A DNA stretch of 64,000 nucleotides from Acidobacteriota bacterium (GTDB lineage Bacteria; Acidobacteriota; Vicinamibacteria; Vicinamibacterales; CAVVIG01), in assembly GCA_046728115.1 (NCBI GenBank), contig JBKPDW010000172.1:454-64453 (forward strand), given 5' to 3'. Below, in pieces: positions 62,976 to 64,000 of the stretch; positions within the stretch are counted from its first letter, which is position 1, and each line of letters begins with the position of its first letter. The notes beneath the pieces were generated by a model that made no database searches, was not told the DNA's origin, and worked only from the letters and a program-made list of their open reading frames with translations. A program made the translations under genes and the position numbers.

Positions 62976-63339
62976 CGAAACGTGATGTCAATGGCTGTTG
63001 GAAGATCAGCTGCTTTCAGAGTGAGCAGGCGCGCGGTGGGTGCAATCCACCCCGTTCAAGGGGTTCTGAGCCAGCAGTTGCAGGCAAGAGCGCATGGGCG
63101 ACTAGCGGCACGCCATGGGGGAAAAGCGACCCACCCTGCGAGCATTCTCACTGTCGGTCAGCGGATGCGGCGGTTGTTTGGGGAGCTCTGCGCGAGTCTT
63201 CGGCAGGGAGTTAAGCAGAAGACATAGGTGAGATCTTAAGGCCCGGCATCTACTGACGGCCGGCGTGCGGAGGGATCGACAAGGGACAACGAAAGCCTCA
63301 TGCTGAGGTTTCCACACCCACCAGCAGAGGAGGCTGACG

Positions 63340-64000
63340 TTGTCCACCTTCTCGAGTACTGAGCTTATCAAAGTCCGGGATGTTCTGGCCCGAGCGCTGT
63401 CCATGGAAGATATCAATCAACTCGGTCGCCACACGGGTCAGGCCACACGGTTGCGCACGGTCACGCCCCATCGGTTGTTCTTCGCAGTCGTCTCAACGCT
63501 CGCGAGTGTGCGCGTGGAATCGCTCGCGGATTTGCTCCGGGCGTTCAATCACCAGAACAGCGTCACCGTGGCGTACAAGGCGTTCTACAACCGCCTGGCG
63601 CGCGCCGGGTTCGCGACCTTCATGCGCGAGATGTTTGCGCGGCTCGTGGAGCGATTGAGCGTCCAGACCTTGACACCGGAGGGGGAACGGGCCGTCGCCC
63701 GCTTCAAGGACATCGTGATCCAGGACGGCTCGTCGTTTGCCCTCAAATCGACGCTGCACGGGACGTTCCCCGGGCGATTCACGACGATCGAGCCTGCGGC
63801 GGTGGAGGTGCACGCCACATATAGCGGGTTTTTCGACGAGGTCCGAGCGGTCCAGATCGCGCCGGATACCGAGGCGGAACGCCAGTTCCTGCCGGACCCG
63901 TCGACGCTGCCGGATCGCTTGCTACTGGCCGACCGCGGCTATCCGAGCGTGCCCTACTTTGAAGCCGTCCGCGAGCAGGGTGGGAGTTTCATCGTGCGGC
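63340..64000 (+). mobile_element. IS4-like DDE transposase gene, 5' part (continues beyond window end)
   Basis: Absent from the track because there is no stop in the window. My translation starts at TTG 63340 (GAGGAGG 6 nt upstream), with an alternative ATG at 63403. It gives LSTFSSTELIKVRDVLARALSMEDINQLGRHTGQATRLRTVTPHRLFFAVVSTL...FKDIVIQDGSSFALKS...LLLADRGYPSVPYF. The QDGS and ADRGY motifs fit DDE catalytic Asp positions. Confidence 0.7.

Noticed and set aside
63036-63160. A tRNA-like T-arm (ggtgggtgcaatccaccc) and imperfect long-range inverted repeats upstream of the eCIS promoter, considered as a tRNA integration site or structured ncRNA.
   Set aside because: The loop sequence does not fit the T-loop consensus. 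No acceptor, D or anticodon arms can be built. The repeats are imperfect and may be the IS terminus or activator sites, so I have left them as a note under the promoter finding.

Overview
High-GC bacterial chromosomal segment. Gene content suggests an Acidobacteriota-like soil bacterium (inference only). All family calls come from reading motifs in the supplied translations and in my own translations. No database search was run.

The window has three parts.

(1) 1-24 kb: carbohydrate, uronate and periplasmic redox genes.
- A partial MFS transporter, a DUF1080 protein, and a plant-type glucuronokinase next to GalU.
- Tat-exported Gfo/Idh/MocA and TIM-barrel enzymes.
- Two PQQ beta-propeller dehydrogenases with the same dihaem cytochrome c module, fused in one locus and a separate coupled gene in the other.
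- A uronate utilisation locus: SDR, GH88-like hydrolase, KdgK, KduD, a small KdgF-like cupin, an exported 619-aa protein, a TonB-dependent receptor and a ROK regulator.

(2) 24-33.9 kb: small accessory genes and a decayed zone.
- An epimerase, a guanylate-kinase-like plus membrane-protein pair, and SRPBCC/ArsR genes.
- A sigma-54 enhancer-binding protein with no sensory domain.
- A decayed zone: IS3 remnant, truncated GT2 genes, a frameshifted LamG-like gene, a molybdo-hydroxylase stub and a stub of a tube-like gene.

(3) 33.9-63 kb: a complete, tightly packed, minus-strand operon of about 29 kb for a contractile injection system (eCIS, a phage-tail-like particle).
- Core parts: sheath, tube, DUF4255 cap, AAA+ ATPase, tube-initiator, LysM/gpX, hub, VgrG-like spike, PAAR-like tip, gp25, two baseplate-J proteins and a gpI-like protein.
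- A 1245-aa fibre-like protein carrying an inserted BNR beta-propeller.
- An unusual 1315-aa multi-domain glycosyltransferase/methyltransferase.
- A DUF4157 putative cargo protein.
- The operon is preceded by a sigma-54-like promoter motif and flanked by a partial IS4-like transposase.

The most interesting signals are the non-canonical accessory content of the eCIS, its possible sigma-54 control, and several intergenic spacers built from short-period (6-14 nt) tandem words. The largest spacer is a 420-bp inverted array of GTGCCA/TGGCAC units.
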